Shown here: in pieces, positions 1 to 14,000 of the stretch
Layout: every line of letters starts with the position of its first letter
Numbering within the stretch: the stretch's first letter is position 1
From: Paraphysomonas bandaiensis
Taxonomy: Eukaryota; Protista; Chrysophyceae
Length of the DNA stretch: 64,000 nt
Direction: 5' to 3'
Assembly (NCBI GenBank): GCA_965644295.1
Contig: CBFFRP010000295.1
Coordinates: 124,001-188,000 of the forward strand
Position numbers and translations under genes: made by a program
The notes under the pieces: model-generated
What the model was told of the DNA's origin: nothing
The model's database searches: none
Seen by the model: the letters and a program-made list of their open reading frames with translations, nothing else

Positions 1-723
1 AGCTGAAGGGGTGTAATTAACGGTAGATGTCGTGACCTCTAGTTCAGACATGTCTTCACTCTAATTGCATCAGGTACAGAAATAAATGAATAACGTAAAT
101 GATATGATTGAGATAGCAGCCTTCTACTACCTCAATCAATGGCATCTCTTATATATAGACCACAGCAACAGTGTTCGTCATCGTAAACATGACGCAATAG
201 AGTATACGCTAAATACATACTGCAGGACTCTGAATATATTGTCTCTATGCAATGTACTTGCAATTTCATGTGATACTTGCAACACCCAAGTGGGTCAAAG
301 TGCATGCAATTGAAGCGATGCATATGATTCACTTGTATTTTCATAACATGACAACTCAACTGCCGAAAACCATAGAAATTTTATAGAAAAAATAGGGATA
401 TCTGTATATGGGAGTCTATCTGTGGGATATTCAGGGGAAAACATCAATTTTTTTGGTTATATTCTTTTTTAATCAACTTTCTTAATGCACTGGGTATGTG
501 CTGTACAGAGTACAGCAGTACAGTGTTTCACAAAATAGAAAAAGGGTGATTTGTGATTTCGACATATTCCCGAAATCCCGGTATTTAGTATACACTGACT
601 GACAGAGTCCTCAAAAATACGGATTTATTCCTCGAAAGTGTGAGGAAATTCTGTGTAGGATGCTCTGTATGTGTGTACTTAAACTCTCGTTCACAGTGAC
701 ACTATCATTTAGGGGTTATATAT

Positions 724-1253
724 ATGAACAACATGTCGCTAATATTTGTATGTACATCTAATGTATGTCGATCTCCAGTAGCTGCTGCTTTAGCTAATAA
801 GTGGTTACAAGATAATGGTCGATCAGGGGAGTTTACTATCATATCAAGGAGCTTAACAACTGATTATGAACCTGAGCACAGCCCTGCAAGCGAACACTCA
901 TTAAATATTATAAAAAATGATTTTGGAATAGATATTTCGGATCATAGATCGAAACTATTGACTGAAGATGATGTTCGTAACGCACATATCATTGTTGGTA
1001 TTACGGAGAGCCATTGTGGTTATATTACACGTACATACTCTCATCTTGGAGGTATAATAGACCTTGTCCGTATTATGCTGGTGTATATAATATTTATGCA
1101 GCTTCAAAGAAGTGTGTGTCGATGCCGAGAGATGTACCTGACCCCTGGCACGCAGACTACAAAACCTACCATCGCTGTGTACATTTTATGAACGACTTGA
1201 TGCCGGAATTATTCGGGTTGATTGATTCAACTATAGATAAAACAGAATTATAA
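724..1253 (+). CDS. Low-molecular-weight protein tyrosine phosphatase (LMW-PTP family); 2 exons, intron 1052-1101
   Basis: P-loop motif LIFVCTSNVCRSP. Removing a 50-nt GT..AG intron joins the frame to ASKKCVSMPRDVPDPW, which contains the catalytic DP motif. Confidence 0.9.
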
Positions 1254-2953
1254 TTTGATCCTGCGTAATTTCTGCATATGGGATCTACTATCTCTACTTA
1301 TATTCCTGCGAGTATTGTTTGTATTTTGTTTTCTAGATTCCTGATACGGTGCTATGCCGTATTTGTTCATACAGTCACCTTTTCTCGGTATAACATATAT
1401 ATATACATATAATATTAGCGGAATAACTATTCTTTCCATGACAAAGTGTTCTGTGAAGTGTATTTGCCCCATTCCGAGAGCGTACCCCAGTGAAGATTTT
1501 ATAATAAAATCTCAGCGTATTCTTTGTGTGTCGGCGTCAAGCAAGCTCTAGCTACTAGCTAAATCTACACTATACTTGCATAGCCTATATGGGAATACGA
1601 GAACCCTACCCATTATTAACATATACTTGAAGCTGTTGTGTATGCCTCCTTTCGTTCGAATTAACTATTAACTACTTCTTATGCTTTCACTTCTGTAGTT
1701 AAATGGTTTTATCAATAGGTGGTATTTGATGGATATAGAGGCACAGCTGATAACTATAGTTGAGCGATAACAAATAACTGATTGCTTTTAAGGTGGTCAG
1801 GCACGCTCATAAAAACTGCATGACGTTCAACTTTATTCTCAGTCAATCTATCGTTACATATTTTCTGCAGTGTCATACTCTATTCCTCGCCATGTTAATC
1901 TTAAAACACCATACATAGTTGAAGTTCAACTGCATCATATTGACTTCGAGAGGTGTATGAAGATAGCTTGACGAAGGGTTTAATTGAACATCGTGTAGTT
2001 GTTTGTTATGAGTATGCGTTACCCAACTTTAACACAAATTTAACACAAATATTTCTATATACCCATCCAAAAAACTATTGCGACAATTATGAAGCTATTG
2101 AATGAGGGCATGTAGATGGAGCTGCTGGTGCGATGTGTGTTCTCACACGTAATGAAATAAATAAATTTATCTACTATTTACTCAAATATTTATGCCCAAA
2201 TATACCCATTATTTAGAATTCGACTCTTGAATGTGAGCAGAAATCTATAGAATTGATAAAGTTAATAAAAATATGTGAGTTTTTGTAAGCCGGTTTATAA
2301 TACTGGAATTTATGTTTCTGTTGTTGTGATGTAATTTTGTGGCTGTGTGTATGATCACAGGGTATCATAGGTACATACCGTTTCCTAGCTATGAATGGCA
2401 CAGGTACACCCTATATTATCTGTAACCTGTTTGAATTAAAACATATTACTGTTAATCGAATCATACGGACGTACATATATCACTTAATTGTATAATTCCA
2501 GGGGACAATGCATTACCTTGCGACATAATACGTTACTCCTACATACAGTTCGAACTATCTTTGACTTGAAAAGCTATACATATGTTGATGCTTATATGTG
2601 TTTAAATGAATATGCATAGCCAATTGTTGGTGGTTGGAATGGACATATGGAAATATCGTACATGCGTATCTCTACTCTATGTGTGACCAAAACTACTCCA
2701 ACGGTGGTGTTAGAGTGTTTACATTAGACTCCATGCGGATAGTCTCTCGATCGACCAAATCATGTCTGTTTACCCCCAGTGTCATCAACACCCTGAACAG
2801 GATAGCAGACCACGACAAGTCTCGTAGCAGCAATAACCCCGTGATGGCGTACGAGACTTGTCGTGGTCTGCTATCCTGTTCAAGGAGTCTAATACCACCG
2901 TTGGAGTTAAGGTCTTGCTTGTCCCACTACAATGATTCTTGTATGCTCTGCTG

Positions 2954-3097
2954 GGGGAGTTACTATCCGTACCGGGAGAGGATCAACTGGACACACGGAT
3001 CGTAATGCTTTTCTACCTATCCGTTTTATGGGGAGAATAGTATCCGTACCGGGAGGATCAGCCGGACACACGGATCGTCACATGATTTTTCTAACTG
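2954..3097. repeat. Two-copy tandem repeat (~76-bp unit), probably a decayed TE fragment
   Basis: GGGGAG..TATCCGTACCGGGAG(AG)GATCA..GGACACACGGATCGT occurs at 2954 and 3030. Confidence 0.7.
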
Positions 3098-4719
3098 TCG
3101 GTGACCATTAATTCAAAGCTTCCATGAGGGCGAACCAGATAATCACATGGCCATATATATGGTCACTCCTATCTCCATAGGATAGAATAATAGTTGGAAC
3201 AATTGCATAATTTCATTCATTTTCCAACTGTAACATATTTTACTGATCTTTAGGAATTTACAACTATGAGTTTCAACGGCCTTCCCTTCCTATGGTCAGT
3301 AAATATGTACCAACATATGTTTGCATTCACGGAATCATATGCTGCTGTGAATTTGGACCAACCTCTAGTATCCGTTTCTGCGAAGAAGGAGCGTGAAGTC
3401 GATGTAGTAGAACCTCCTACTTATGTGTCAAAACCCAAGACAAAACTTATACAGTGGGCGCCGCGTATCGGCAGGCAAACCTCATTTGATTCGTACATGT
3501 CTTCTCATATGATGGAGTTTGCTCGATTTTTGGCTATAGCTGTGTTACTGAATTATGGTTGCAGCTTTGAAGAGCGAAGTTTCTTTTGAATAGAGTAGTT
3601 TGGTCAACATCAACCCGTGTTGGCTTTCGTGGATGTAGCAGTTCCTGTGCTATTATTTTCCATGTGTTCAGAGTTTCGACGGACTTTTACTCCTGAGAAG
3701 TTTTAGACGGTTATATGAAGTGTTTGAAACACAACTGACGATTTCAACAAAATAGAGATCTCGAACGACAAAATAGAGGTATCGAATTTCAAGTGCCTAG
3801 GCGAAGCTGGAATGCATCAAAAGAGCGACAGTTTTCGTACACACTACACCGCGCTATCTCATGCAAATATCAACAATATGATATTGATAGCTTTCATGCG
3901 ATTTTATAGAATTGTAATAATATAGCACCACTTTCCGAGAACGCACAGTGTTGCACTGAAACGGTACATCGATACTGTTCTTATTCTATGTAGTAGAGTC
4001 TTCTTGAAATGCATGCATGGTTTGCGTGTACATTACATCAGGACATAATTCTATTATGTACTCCGCATTCACGTAATACTATTACCGATGCAAACAGTTC
4101 ACCGTGAAAAGAATATCATCATCTCTGTGATTTTCTAGAGTTCCGATAACAGCGTGCCACATGATGCATGGGATATCCAGTAATCATCTATGGCTTGGGT
4201 GTACAGTATCTTGTTGAACCTAGTGAATATGATGGCTTGTCACTATAAATAGTATATACTTCAAACTGAACAAAGAATTGTGCTCGTTTATAGCTAAGTG
4301 TCATAGAACCATGAGGTCATTACATAGGTATTCTACATGAGCAATATATATCAAGAGACTGTCTAGTGTCTTGTATGAAGCTGAATCCTAATACATTGGC
4401 AGTTATAGGGAGAATGGAGTGAAATAGAAAAGTGCATTTAATTCTGGCCCGGCTGTGATTTGTAAAACAAATTTCATGCTTATTGTGACAATAATCATGG
4501 TATTACTGGAAATTGCATTAATTATCGAAAGTTCTGCGAACCACTAGCTAGCGAATTGAATGTGAATGGTGACGCACCTTTTGATGTCGTTCTATTATTA
4601 CTATATTAGTTGATGGAATTATAATTAGATAAGATTATGTATGGTTGCATTGTATGGTTGTGCTTAAATTATATTGAATCAAATAGTTATTTCTACAATA
4701 ATTATACACAAAGAATTAA

Positions 4720-5310
4720 CTAAAACCGCCCATTGTCATAATCATCATCCTCATCATCATCTTCGACTTCATAAGGAGCTTTATATTGGTCCCTTGTAGC
4801 AAATTTACTATTTAATCTTTCTTGAGGTTTTTTGCGATGGAATTCCTTTACCCACATCATATTACCATCTAAGCGAGTACAGTGAAGTGTCTCTAGAGCC
4901 TTAGCCGCACTGTCCATATCATAGTACTCCACTATAGCATTAACGTGATTTCGACCTTTTCGTCGAAGTAAAACGACACTCTTTACATGCCCTGCACTGG
5001 ACATATGATCCGTCATATCGGACACATGTACAGTCATCCGGACGTTAGTAACAAAAACTATAGGACATGAGAGGGCAGAAGCAGGTCTTGAAGGAGTCAC
5101 ATGATCTTCCCAGCCTTTGTCGGTTATCTTTGGACCAAATGCATTCGTTTTTGTCCATTCCATATTAATCTCATACGTAGATTGAGGGAGCCATGGAAGA
5201 GGATCAGCAAGAGATCCACTACTGATAGAGTGAACGGATCTAATCAAGACTGGAGAACTCCATTGGTTCCACAGAGTGGTTAATGAACCCAAGGAGCGGT
5301 GTCGTATCAT
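4720..5310 (-). CDS. Single-RRM RNA-binding protein with an acidic tail and a possible mitochondrial presequence
   Basis: RRM VFVTNVR..DHMSSAGHV..AIVEY..ALETLH. The likely start is MIRHRSL at 5310; the upstream HTYI part of the ORF is translated microsatellite. Confidence 0.75.
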   Translation of the reverse strand: MIRHRSLGSLTTLWNQWSSPVLIRSVHSISSGSLADPLPWLPQSTYEINMEWTKTNAFGPKITDKGWEDHVTPSRPASALSCPIVFVTNVRMTVHVSDMTDHMSSAGHVKSVVLLRRKGRNHVNAIVEYYDMDSAAKALETLHCTRLDGNMMWVKEFHRKKPQERLNSKFATRDQYKAPYEVEDDDEDDDYDNGRF

Positions 5311-5360
5311 GACAGGATGATAAGTGAGAGTGGTTATGGTGACAAGAGAGAGCTTGTGGT

Positions 5361-5608
5361 GTATGTATGTATGTATGTATGTATGTATGTATGTATGTAT
5401 GTATGTATGTATGTATGTATGTATGTATGTATGTATGTATGTATGTATGTATGTATGCATGTATGTATGTATGTATGTATGTATGTATGCATGTATGTAT
5501 GTATGTATGTATGTATGTATGTACGTATGTATGTATGTATGTATGTATGTATGTATGTATGTATGTATGTATGTATGCATGTACGTATGTATGTCTGTAT
5601 GTATGTAT
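5361..5608. repeat. (TATG)n microsatellite between divergent genes
   Basis: Seen directly, with a few CATG/TACG variants. Confidence 0.98.
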
Positions 5609-5702
5609 AGGCCCGGATAGTATAGCTATAGATGTATATGCATGTTATTTACGGCACTTATCGTGTAGTTGTCATACTTGTAGTGAATCCAAACACATCT
5701 CC

Positions 5703-7226
5703 ATGGCATATCGAAGAACAACATCCCGTAACCAACGACGAGTATCAAGCGATCCTTATCACTCTAGCTCTACTCCTCGTAATGGTCGCAATAACTCTAA
5801 AGGCGTCTATGTGGGGAACTTAGCATATGAAGTAACACCAGAGGAATTACAGAACCATATGAGTCAAGCCGGACATGTTGTATCGTGTGAAATATTCAGA
5901 ACTGCAGGGGGGAGGTCCAAGGGCAGTGGGCTGGTGCAATATAAGTCCTATGAAGCAGCAGAGAGGGCCATTAGAGATTTGCATGATACGGATCTTCTTG
6001 GCAGGTTAATTATGGTACGTAGTTGCTTGTTGATATGTATGTTTGTCTGAATTACTTGGAGTTAGGTCAGAGAGGATAGAGAGGCCCCACGTGATGCTCC
6101 AGGTGAGTGGAATTTGCAATGAATGGTTGTATTTTTGTTTAAACCTTTATTTATATGTAGTGGAAACTGCGGAACATTCTGATACATTGGATGACCGGCA
6201 GATTCCGTACGACATAGACTCAAAACGAGTATATGTGAACAACCTTTCGTGGTCAGTGCGTTGGCAGGATTTGAAGGATCATATGAGGGAAGCAGGTCAT
6301 GTGACACGAGCTGAGGTATGCTGTATTGAGAATAATATTCTTTAACATAGTAGCTTGATTTCATTTTGTCACTACACTCGTATCAATAGTATCATCGTGA
6401 TGATATTTTCAGGTGATGATGGGATCGGATGGTCGTTCGATGGGATGTGGTATTGTTGAATATGCTACAAGTGATGACGCACGCAATGCGATTGCCACGT
6501 TGCATGATACGGAGTTGAAAGGTCGTCTTCTGTCTGTGCGGCAAGATCGGGATGATGTGAAGCGTATGATGCAGCCACACCGCAATGGTCGTGGGGAAAG
6601 CGGTATGTGAATGACCAAACGTACATTATGGGCTGATATCGAATGAGCGATATCGACGTAAAGATATCATATCATACTACTTTGACCCCACCGCTCATGT
6701 AGCTTTCTGGTATACAGATGAATACGTAATGTCGGATCGCTGGGTTGCCGCGGATCGAGGGAGTTCTGGTAATAACGTTACATCCAATCGCGTGTACGTC
6801 GGGAATATCGCGTACGAGGTAAATATATATGTGTTCTCTATATGTCGTATAATCGTCGGTTTTGGGAGTATTCATGATTAATATTTACTTCGTATGCCAG
6901 GTATCTTGGCAAGAGCTTAAAGATCATATGCGTTCAGCTGGTGATGTCCTGAGAGCGAATATCATGTCTTCAGATAATAACCGGTGCGGATATAGACTGT
7001 AATTATTGATATGATGTAACGGTGCTTAATATATGCTCTGCATTGTTTATATTATCTATATTTATATTTTGTTTAACGAAGTGAAATTAGGTCCAAAGGA
7101 TGTGGTATTGTGGAATTCACCTCATCGCAGGGTGCAAGAAATGCGATAAAAGAACTGAACGATTCTATCTTGCATGGCAGGCCTATATTCGTCAGGGAAG
7201 ATAGAGAGCCAAAAAAGATATTTTAG
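5703..7226 (+). CDS. Three-RRM protein of the Gbp2/Hrb1/hnRNP-M type, multi-exon
   Basis: Three RRMs ([43 protein letters not shown]), G-C/S-G-I/L-V RNP1 motifs and VREDRE-type ends. GT-AG introns such as 6015-6065. TAG at 7224-7226. Confidence 0.88.
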
Positions 7227-7713
7227 TTATATGTGTTACGCTTTGTGGTTAATCTCTGTTGACCGGAGGATAAATGTGGGACACATGACTTTTTTTGCTT
7301 GGATTCTTCTTCCTTTGCCGTTAGAGTGGGAAAGGTAGTATTTATCTAATAACTACTGCAATATTAGTACCAGAGGTTCTGTGTAATTTTATTACTACGC
7401 TGTGAGAATGACGGTACTTCAGCAATTTCTACTTCACGATGAATAACTAGCCCACAAGTGTTGCTGGTCTACATATTAATGTGATGCATAAGGGGGTACA
7501 TTTATATTGAGTGATAGCTACTTTTGCTGTGTGTGGCAATAATCTCGTTGAGCTCCGTTACTGTCTGAGTTTCATAGTTAGTAGGGTATATGAAATTATT
7601 TTGTACTCAAATTCAACATAAAATAAATACAATAATCTTATTTCAACGCAATAAAGTAGTCTCACATAACTCAATGCATGGTATAATCTTATTATACTCT
7701 GTGTTCTGTTTTC

Positions 7714-8253
7714 TCAGATATTCAGTGGTCGTACTAATACAAGTACAATATCCTTGTGCAATACATAACCTCCACGGCTAGGTTTGATGACAAGGATATA
7801 TGTTTACTCATGTACTAAATTGTGTACAATATGCCAGTGTTTCAAAATGAAACTGGTTGTCCAGCTGTCCAGAGACATTTCTTCGCCATTATTGGACACA
7901 GAATCGTTTTGATAGTTGGAAGCATTATCTTCTAGCTCAGATAGACTTCGCTTCTTGCTAATAGTTTTCTTACTGCATATATTCTCTTCCAACTCATCCA
8001 GTATTTCAGATGGTATAGAGCACAGCTCATCAACAGCGTCTCTAATATCGTCATCGATAGGGTCTGTAATTTGACTCATATCGGAATAATAGTCTTGTAG
8101 GCGATCGGATAGAGGAGTGTTGGAGTCATCCTGGGCGTCTGAAGTTCAATTAGTTGAAAGTATTGTCTCTACCAACTCCTGTTTGTTTGAAGTCTTTGTC
8201 GGTTGAATGAGCGCATCGCTGTCCACTGCGATGGGTTCATTAGTAGTAGACAT
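7714..8253 (-). CDS. Small acidic protein of unknown function (probably 3 exons)
   Basis: ATG at 8253 (MSTTNEP). A short GT-AG intron joins it in frame to the 7804-8079 ORF. A second plausible intron leads to DRGGYVLHK...NI stop. Confidence 0.5.
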
Positions 8254-8575
8254 TGTGGATATTAAGTGATCTCAATTGCTGGAATGAGAGTTATGAGGAA
8301 CCACAGCACAACTGTATTTGCTATTTTGGAGTGTGTAAGGGTGTTTGTTATAAGCGAGGGTAAGGGTAAACACCTTCTTAAAGTATGGGGAGTAATGAGG
8401 ACATAAAGCAACTCGACACGGACGTTAACAGGAACATTCCACACTGCTGTATACACTGTATCCGATATCAAAATACTGCTGTATAACTATGTGATGATGC
8501 GTGGACAAAGAGCATGTAAAATACAGTGTATACGTGGTATACGGTTGGATTCTATTTGTGGTGGCCAAAGTGTCC

Positions 8576-8603
8576 TATACCGTATACCGTATACCGTATA
8601 CCG
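8576..8603. promoter_or_regulatory. (TATACCG)4 tandem motif in a divergent intergenic region
   Basis: Four exact copies about 110 bp upstream of the Sec14 ATG. The regulatory role is inferred from position only. Confidence 0.4.
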
Positions 8604-8715
8604 CATGTATACCAGCATCTATCATGATAGTGCACATCGTATGACCGTAACGGCATACTGCATATATAAGATTACACTTACATTCATATTAACCAAGCAG
8701 AGTAAATACAGTACT

Positions 8716-9794
8716 ATGGCGAAGTTTGCTGATCATGCAAAGATTCTGGAGGATTTCAAAGGCATGGTGGATGAATCTGTTGCCTCAAAGCTCAGTGAAT
8801 CGGACTGTATGAGGTTTATTCGAGCAAGGAAATATGATGCGAAAAAAGCCGCTGCTATGGCAAACAAATGGGGTGAATGGGTCATTACTCCAATCCCAGG
8901 TTCTAATGTGACCCCAGAAACCATACTGGATAATCCAGTAGATGTTAATGAGGAGATATATCAGCGCTTAATGCCTCACTCCAATATGACTGAAGACAAG
9001 GAGGGCAGGCCCATATACTGGGAACAAACAGGGCTTATATCTAGCAGATTCTCTGAAATTTCTTCTTTACTGACTGTGAATGATCTAGTTCTCCGTCATA
9101 TTCGACAACAGGTGCTTAAGACGTGTCAACAAATCGCTTGAGTAATCATTGTATCGATGTATTGACAGGAAATGATGGTGCGGCGCCTACAGCATGCCTC
9201 AAAGAAGCACAAAAAACCTATTGAGAAGCAAGTCATCGTGTTTAACCTTGAGAATTTAAGTTACTCCATAGATACCAAAGCCATGTCTACTTTCAAGAGA
9301 ACAGTCGATATTGACGAAGCATTTTACCCTGAGCGGTTGCAGCACTTCTTTATGATCAATGCACCATGGTATGTTACACCTTATATCTGTGGAATACACG
9401 TATGGAAATATATTTATCATTGCATTATAATACCGCGAATAATGATCTCGACTTTGTTAGGTTTTTCACGGCCATATGGGCTGTCATTAGTCCATGGCTG
9501 GACCCAGTGACCTCTGACAAAATAAAAATTCTTGGATCGGATTATTTACCGACTCTAAGGGAATATATTGATGATGACCAGATCCCTCCTGAGCTGGGAG
9601 GGTCGGCTGAGAATTTTACATGGCAATGGCCATATCCTGAGTCTTCTGGAGCTGCCCCACACCAACTAGCAAAAATACCACCTTCGAGTTCTGTAGACGG
9701 TGCACAGGATGAAAGTCAGTCAGAAACTTCGCTTCTGAACCCGGAGCAGGTTGCCGGAGAAGTTGACACGCCACGGATGATATGTGAAAAGTAA
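8716..9794 (+). CDS. Sec14/CRAL-TRIO lipid-binding protein; exons 8716-9111, 9169-9368, 9461-9794
   Basis: RFIRARKYD, DKEGRPIY, YPERL..FMINAPWFF, PWLDPVTSDKIKIL and IPPELGG motifs, joined by two canonical introns. Confidence 0.93.
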
Positions 9795-10752
9795 ACAGAA
9801 TATTGTGTGTCAAAATTATATGAGAAGTTCAAATTTTGTATCAGACTACCATACTAAATGAAATGCATTTTAGCCTTTATGAGCTCTCATATTGATAATT
9901 AATTGGAGCACTGTGTAATAAAATCTAGTTATTTTTTTGAAAATTTCTTTTTGGCATTATTTCTGCTATATCTCTGTGATAACGGACATGCTATTGTACA
10001 CCCGGACTGTATTGTAAATTGTAATGATTTTATTTAATACAGACACACAGAGAGAGGGTGGGGGGGTCTTCGACCCTGTAACCGTGACCATAAACACTAT
10101 TAATTCATACTGACTTTGCCCCTACGATGGTGTGACTGCGTATGTATGTACAATAAGAATGCAATGTGAAGGAAAGAATAGATAAATATTTTGATAAAGA
10201 AAGAATAAATAGCTTTTACCTTGAATATAGACCGAGTGATTATTTACTAGAGTATTATGAATATCGCGAAATATATAAATGGACTTAGAGAGAACAAAGA
10301 TGATGATGTACTTGACGAACATTATTGAAACTCGGAATATATCTGCAATTCCTCAGGATGATCGTAAAAAATGAGTTTATATGCTAATTTTAAAAAAATG
10401 GGTTTGTATGCGGATAATTTAGCCGAAGGATCAGACCATTTTTTATTATGTTGTATGTATTCTGATGGGAGCGGGGCTTTACCGCCATGTGAAAACAACA
10501 GGTTTAGGGTTGATAGTAGTTGTAGTCCGAAAAAAATACGATTCAGATTTCAGATTATATGACATAAACGGTGAGCCATTTAAACGAGATATGGTAAATC
10601 ATTAATCACAACCATCATAAGGCAGAACTGGTAAAATTAATGTGCAATCGTGAGCACTTTCATTCATAGCATTTATAGACGTAAAATTAGAAATAAAACT
10701 TTGGTTTCTGGGGAAATCCATCATAATATACATTATATAATATATGTTATAT

Positions 10753-11014
10753 TATTAGGATTCAGCTTAATACATGATTGTATCTGTGAGTTATAATGTT
10801 CAATGAAATATACCATGAACTGAATTAGAGAGAGTATCTGTCGAAGATACGTGATCGTCATCATAACGTCGTCATTATCAGTTACACTTCTAACTATTCC
10901 GTTGTGCATGATAGTACGTTCTATATTGTTATTCATAATTTTCACTCTATCGTGTTCATTACTTACACTCTAATAATCACAACATTGTTTTACTAATAAG
11001 CTTAAATCTTATTT
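10753..11014 (+). repeat. Copia 5' LTR
   Basis: Identical to 16241-16502. Confidence 0.95.
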
Positions 11015-11024
11015 TGGTAGCGAG
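11015..11024 (+). promoter_or_regulatory. Primer-binding site TGGTAGCGAG (consistent with initiator tRNA-Met)
   Basis: Directly follows the 5' LTR. TGG-T-AGC is complementary to a GCU-A-CCA tRNA end, as in eukaryotic initiator tRNAs. Confidence 0.7.
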
Positions 11025-14000
11025 ATGTCAGTTAAAGTTACAAGTTACGACTCAACCGACTCGGATTCAACAACCGAAAAACAGAAAGACTCAATGCCAA
11101 AGTTCGACGCGAAGAACTTCTCCAAGTGGCAGAAGAAGTGCCGTGCATGGTTTTACAGAAAGCCCAAGATCGTTTATACCCTACAAAACGATCATCCAAC
11201 TGAACCTGAAGAAGGAGAGATTTCAGATGACGAAGATTACCAATATCGACTCGACCAGTATCACGAAACGAAACGATATTATGATGAAGGTAATAACTAC
11301 CTATGGTCTGTCATTTCGAGCGCTGTCATTGGTCAGGATGAAGAGGCCGAAGGGATTTTGGAAAACGTCCCCGATGGAGACGGAAAAACCGCCTGGACCG
11401 ATTTGCTAGCCCACTTCAAGGAAAAAACGACAAATGACGTAATCACCGACCTGATTGGTCAATTTCAGAGCCTAAAAATCAAAAAAGGTCAGTCAATAAT
11501 CAATTTTCTTGACGCTATCGAAAAACTCAAAAACAAGCTTATCAATTATGGTCATCGGATCAACGACCAAGACTTAATATCCCGAATACGACAGGGAATT
11601 GTTTCAGAAGATAACATGGTTTACCGAGAATTGGCAATTAATCTGCAGCTACATCCAATTGATGATTATAAAGTATTGATTCGCAGACTTCGCGGATTAG
11701 GAAGCTCGTCTGTTGGAACGCTCCTATCATCCAACAATGAAGACACAAAAACTGACAGTAGTCACCTCGCAACATCAAAACCCCCACTTTCCCGCAGCAA
11801 AGTCAATTTTAAGCGAAAAAGAGGGACATCTTCCAAATATCGCTCCAATAAACAGAAACATGATAAGAGAACCGATAAAGACATTAAGTGCTTCAGATGC
11901 GGAGGAAAGGGGCACATTGCATCGGAATGCAAGCACTCCTGGGAGAAGATTCAAGAGATGAAAAGCTCCTCCGACAACAAGTCATCAACAAGAGGAAAAC
12001 CGAAATTCAAGAGAGTGAAATTCCAGACTCAGAGTAACGAATATTTCCACGACCACTCTGATCAACTTGCAAATTATGAAGACAGTGGTCCATCGTCAGA
12101 CTATCAAAAAGGACGAGATTACGGAGGAGTTGCTTACACACCGAGCGATGAATTACACTTCGTTAGTGATCAAAAGGCAGGAATGGGATCTCTTGACTCG
12201 GGGTGCACAGTATCAATTACATCAGAAGCAAGCTACCTTACGGACTACACTGATTGCCTCACCGAGATTCAAACAGCCAAATCAGGGTCTACAATGATAT
12301 CCTCAGGTCATGGAAGACTTGGAATCATCCCCAAGTGCAAACACGTGGACCAAGCGTCTAGGACCCTCATTTCTATTAGCCAACTGGATGACCTCGGACA
12401 TGAGATCATATTCAGAAACCAGTCAGTGGAAATATTTAAAGACGGCATATTGCTATCGAAAGGCCAGCGCGTTGGAGGCCTATACGAAATTCCACTATCA
12501 GACCTCGGTATTCCCACTGATGAATCCCACCTCGCATCAACTGCCTCAGGTCAACCCGCACTGTTAGCACATAAGAGACTAGCACATGCATCACTTGGAC
12601 TCATACAGAAGGCAATAAAATCACGTCTAATAACTGGTGTCAAGATGACAAAAGAGGAGATGAGTGTTGCCTCTCTACCTGGCGGTTTATGCGATGGATG
12701 TGCGACTGGGAAATCACATAGACGAAAGCACAGGAATGCCACCCGCCAAATGTTGTTGAAAAGAATGAGAAGGGCAAAGGAGCTGGGGGAGCTCATAGTA
12801 GCCGATTTCTCAGGACCACATATACACCCGATGCAATTTTATTACCGGAAATCGATATGTACTTGGGATCGCCGATGTAGCATCAAGGTACCAGTGGGAC
12901 TCCTACGGAACAACGAGAGATGGAAACTTCGTTATCCAATCCATTCAGAAAGTCGTCACGTATCTACGCAGTAGGGGTAAACGACTACAACATTACCATG
13001 CCGATGGAGGGAAGGAACTAGTCTCACGAAAAGTATTGGAATATCTCCAATACATTGGAGCAACATGGACTTTTAACGCTCCCTATACTCCCGAGGACAA
13101 CCCATTTCAAGAGCGACCATGGAGAACCATCAAAGAACGAGCACTTAGTAGCTTGATGGATTCAGGTCTTCCAACGAATTTCTGGGAACAAGCCATGAAG
13201 ACATCCACACACATGAAGAACAGGCTACCTTGCAAAACTGCTAAAGGATTCATGTCCCCACTCCAATTCATCGAAAACGAAATACCAGACTTGAGTTATG
13301 CCAGAATATGGGGATGTAAATGCTTTGTGAATATCGATTCCAGTCTCCGAAAGAACAACTGGGACAGACATAGCTGGCCTGGGTATTTTATGGGCTATCG
13401 AGAGGATGGTCCTGGATATATAGTCTTTGTTCCCGCATTAAGAGACTTTGTTATATCAGGACATGTATTTTTCAACGAATGTGTTCCACCAGCAGATAAG
13501 AGATACTTTAAGGAGATAAATGAGATATTCAGAGAGAATGAGACCACCAGGACAGTAGAAAGTTTCAAATATCTCATAGGTCTAGCTCATGTAGATCCAG
13601 ACGATGGATTAACATATGTAACGACTCAAATAAAGCTCAGAAAAGGATTAATCTCAGCGTATCGTGGTCTAGTGGACGACAGCGGTGACACTACACGAAT
13701 CATCCAGCTCGACGACCCCATTCATGCTGCAGACGTCGAAAAGTACACTGAAGAATACATAGAACTCAAAGCAGTTGGTCTCAAATGTATTACGTCTCGA
13801 TCGAAAACCCCAATACATAAATCCAGCAAATCAGATCAAAACCCCGATACAGTTATTGGATCTCCAGCGCCAGCCGCTACTTCCAGGGGGAGTGGCGAGA
13901 ATCTCAGACATCATGATGCCGCGCAGGAGAGAATCAGCAGCCATCGGTGTGAACCTACCCACTCCGATGCAAAGATAGCGAAGACTCGCCCTCCGAAACA

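Noticed and set aside
1-360. Possible minus-strand partner gene for the LMW-PTP
   Set aside because: No consistent spliced frame or recognisable motif could be built.
2634-3960. ORFs 2634-3005 and 3266-3589
   Set aside because: No recognisable motifs; surrounded by stops and repeat fragments, so likely decayed TE or pseudogene sequence.
10733-10945. Duplicated minus-strand ORF MKIMNNNIER (also 16227-16433)
   Set aside because: Incidental ORF within the two identical LTRs.
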